Of a stretch of DNA of 26,721 bases, positions 25,641 to 26,721 are shown one piece after another. Made by a program: the position numbers and the translations under genes. Below the pieces are notes generated by a model that was not told the origin of the DNA, ran no database searches, and saw nothing but the letters and a program-made list of their open reading frames with translations. The DNA is taken from contig JBEPZV010000034.1 in assembly GCA_041640655.1 (NCBI GenBank), positions 1-26,721 of the forward strand. The letters run 5' to 3'. The DNA comes from a bacterium. Its GTDB lineage: Bacteria; Acidobacteriota; Blastocatellia; HR10. How positions within the stretch are numbered: the first letter of the stretch is position 1; each line of letters begins with the position of its first letter.

Positions 25641-26408
25641 TCATCGTCTGCGAGAGCGCGCCGTCGCATCGGAGGTGAGGCGCTTGAGGGCTTCGCGGGC
25701 GGTCGCGCTCAGATACGGGTCGGTGGAGCGCGAGAGCGTTCGAAGGGTCTCTGCGGCGTGCGGATTGCCGATCTCGCCCAGCGCCCAAGCGATCGCGCGC
25801 TTGACTTCCATGTCCTCCTCTCGGACCAGACATTCGAGGAGCGCGGCGAGCGCCGTCGGCGCGCGAAGTCGTCCGAGGGCGCGCGCCGCCTGACGTCGCA
25901 CGAAGGGGTCTTTGTCGCGCAATCGCTCAAGGAGCGTGGTGAGCGCTGCTTGATCCCCCTGCTCGCCGAGCGCTTCGACGGCCGCCGCCCGTACGGCCGC
26001 GTCTCGATCCCGCGCCGCTTCCTGAAGTGCTCTCACCGCACGTGGGTCCCGCACGCGCCCGAGCGCTCCGGCAGCCGCTCGCCGCACAAGCGGATGCGAA
26101 TCCTTCAGGGCGCGCAGCAACGTGGGGATCACCTCCTGGGCAGTTGAGGCGTTCTCGACGGGGCTCGCGTGTCCGAGCGCCGTGATCGCTGCCGCGCGAA
26201 CACCGGGATCGGGGTCATCCATTGCTCTCTGAATGAGAGGGGACAGGGGGGCATCGTTGAAGGTCCCCAGCAGGAGAAGGGCATCTCGACGGCGCACTGC
26301 GTCTGGATCGTGAAGGCGCTTCAGGATCTCGTGTTTGGGATCCGCCCCGCCCTTCTGAGCCCCTGCGCTTCCGATGAGCGCCAGCACGAGTATCGCGAGC
26401 GCGCGCAT
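25641..26408 (-). CDS. Secreted HEAT/PBS-lyase repeat protein
   Basis: Signal peptide MRALAILVLALIGSAGA|Q, followed by about seven L.D.D..VR..AA.ALG repeats. Start chosen at ATG 26408; the ORF is open to 26489. Confidence 0.88.
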   Translation of the reverse strand: MRALAILVLALIGSAGAQKGGADPKHEILKRLHDPDAVRRRDALLLLGTFNDAPLSPLIQRAMDDPDPGVRAAAITALGHASPVENASTAQEVIPTLLRALKDSHPLVRRAAAGALGRVRDPRAVRALQEAARDRDAAVRAAAVEALGEQGDQAALTTLLERLRDKDPFVRRQAARALGRLRAPTALAALLECLVREEDMEVKRAIAWALGEIGNPHAAETLRTLSRSTDPYLSATAREALKRLTSDATARSRRR

Positions 26409-26485
26409 TCGCTTCCGGACTCGAAGAAACGAGGGATCACGCGGCCTCGCACATCCCATCCTGCAGCGACGGCCCTCAACGGACC

Positions 26486-26704
26486 TCACTCCGCGCTCTT
26501 CCGACCCCGCGAGGCCGGCGCGCCCCCTCTCTCCGGCTGAGAGAGCAGCGAGAGCAGCTCCCGCTGAAACTGCTCCGGATGGCGTTCCTCCTCCTTCATC
26601 AGCCGCATAATGGAGATGTATTCGAGGACCTCCACAGCCTCCTCTTCACTCAGATTTTCGATCTCCTCGGCCAGACGCTGTCTGGCGCTCGATGACTCCG
26701 GCAT
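26486..26704 (-). CDS. Small helical hypothetical protein (72 aa)
   Basis: Strong SD GGAAGGGAGGAG before the ATG. Amphipathic helical sequence LAEEIENLSEEEAVEVLEYISIM. Confidence 0.75.
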   Translation of the reverse strand: MPESSSARQRLAEEIENLSEEEAVEVLEYISIMRLMKEEERHPEQFQRELLSLLSQPERGGAPASRGRKSAE

Positions 26705-26721
26705 GTCTCCTCCCTTCCTGC

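Overview
GC-rich bacterial chromosomal window. The gene content suggests a thermophilic Acidobacteriota/Blastocatellia-like organism, but that is an inference. In order, it contains: tRNA-Ala(GGC); a 55-aa secreted CC-x5-CC peptide gene converging on a minus-strand operon of ECF sigma factor, zf-HC2/TM/TPR anti-sigma and exported PPC-TPR-CHAT (caspase-like) protease; sucC, a UvrD/PcrA helicase and comEC; PPi-type phosphofructokinase plus a CBS-less KpsF-like SIS isomerase; a DUF1640/CCDC90-like membrane-anchored coiled coil whose stalk is a 54/33-bp tandem repeat; a SprT-like metalloprotease and thiO; acnA; a double zinc-finger membrane protein and a THEP1-type NTPase; a small membrane protein behind a sigma-54 promoter; a cold-shock protein; an A-type carrier/Mrp/DUF971 Fe-S operon divergent from a SufR-like regulator with an operator-like palindrome; rlmB; a secreted beta-rich protein behind an ECF-type promoter; a secreted HEAT-repeat protein; and a small hypothetical. 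The best candidate for an undescribed system is the peptide/CHAT protease/TPR anti-sigma/ECF module at 420-5031, a possible peptide-triggered proteolytic signalling circuit. No integrase, transposase or CRISPR array was seen. All family calls come from motif recognition by eye; no searches were run.
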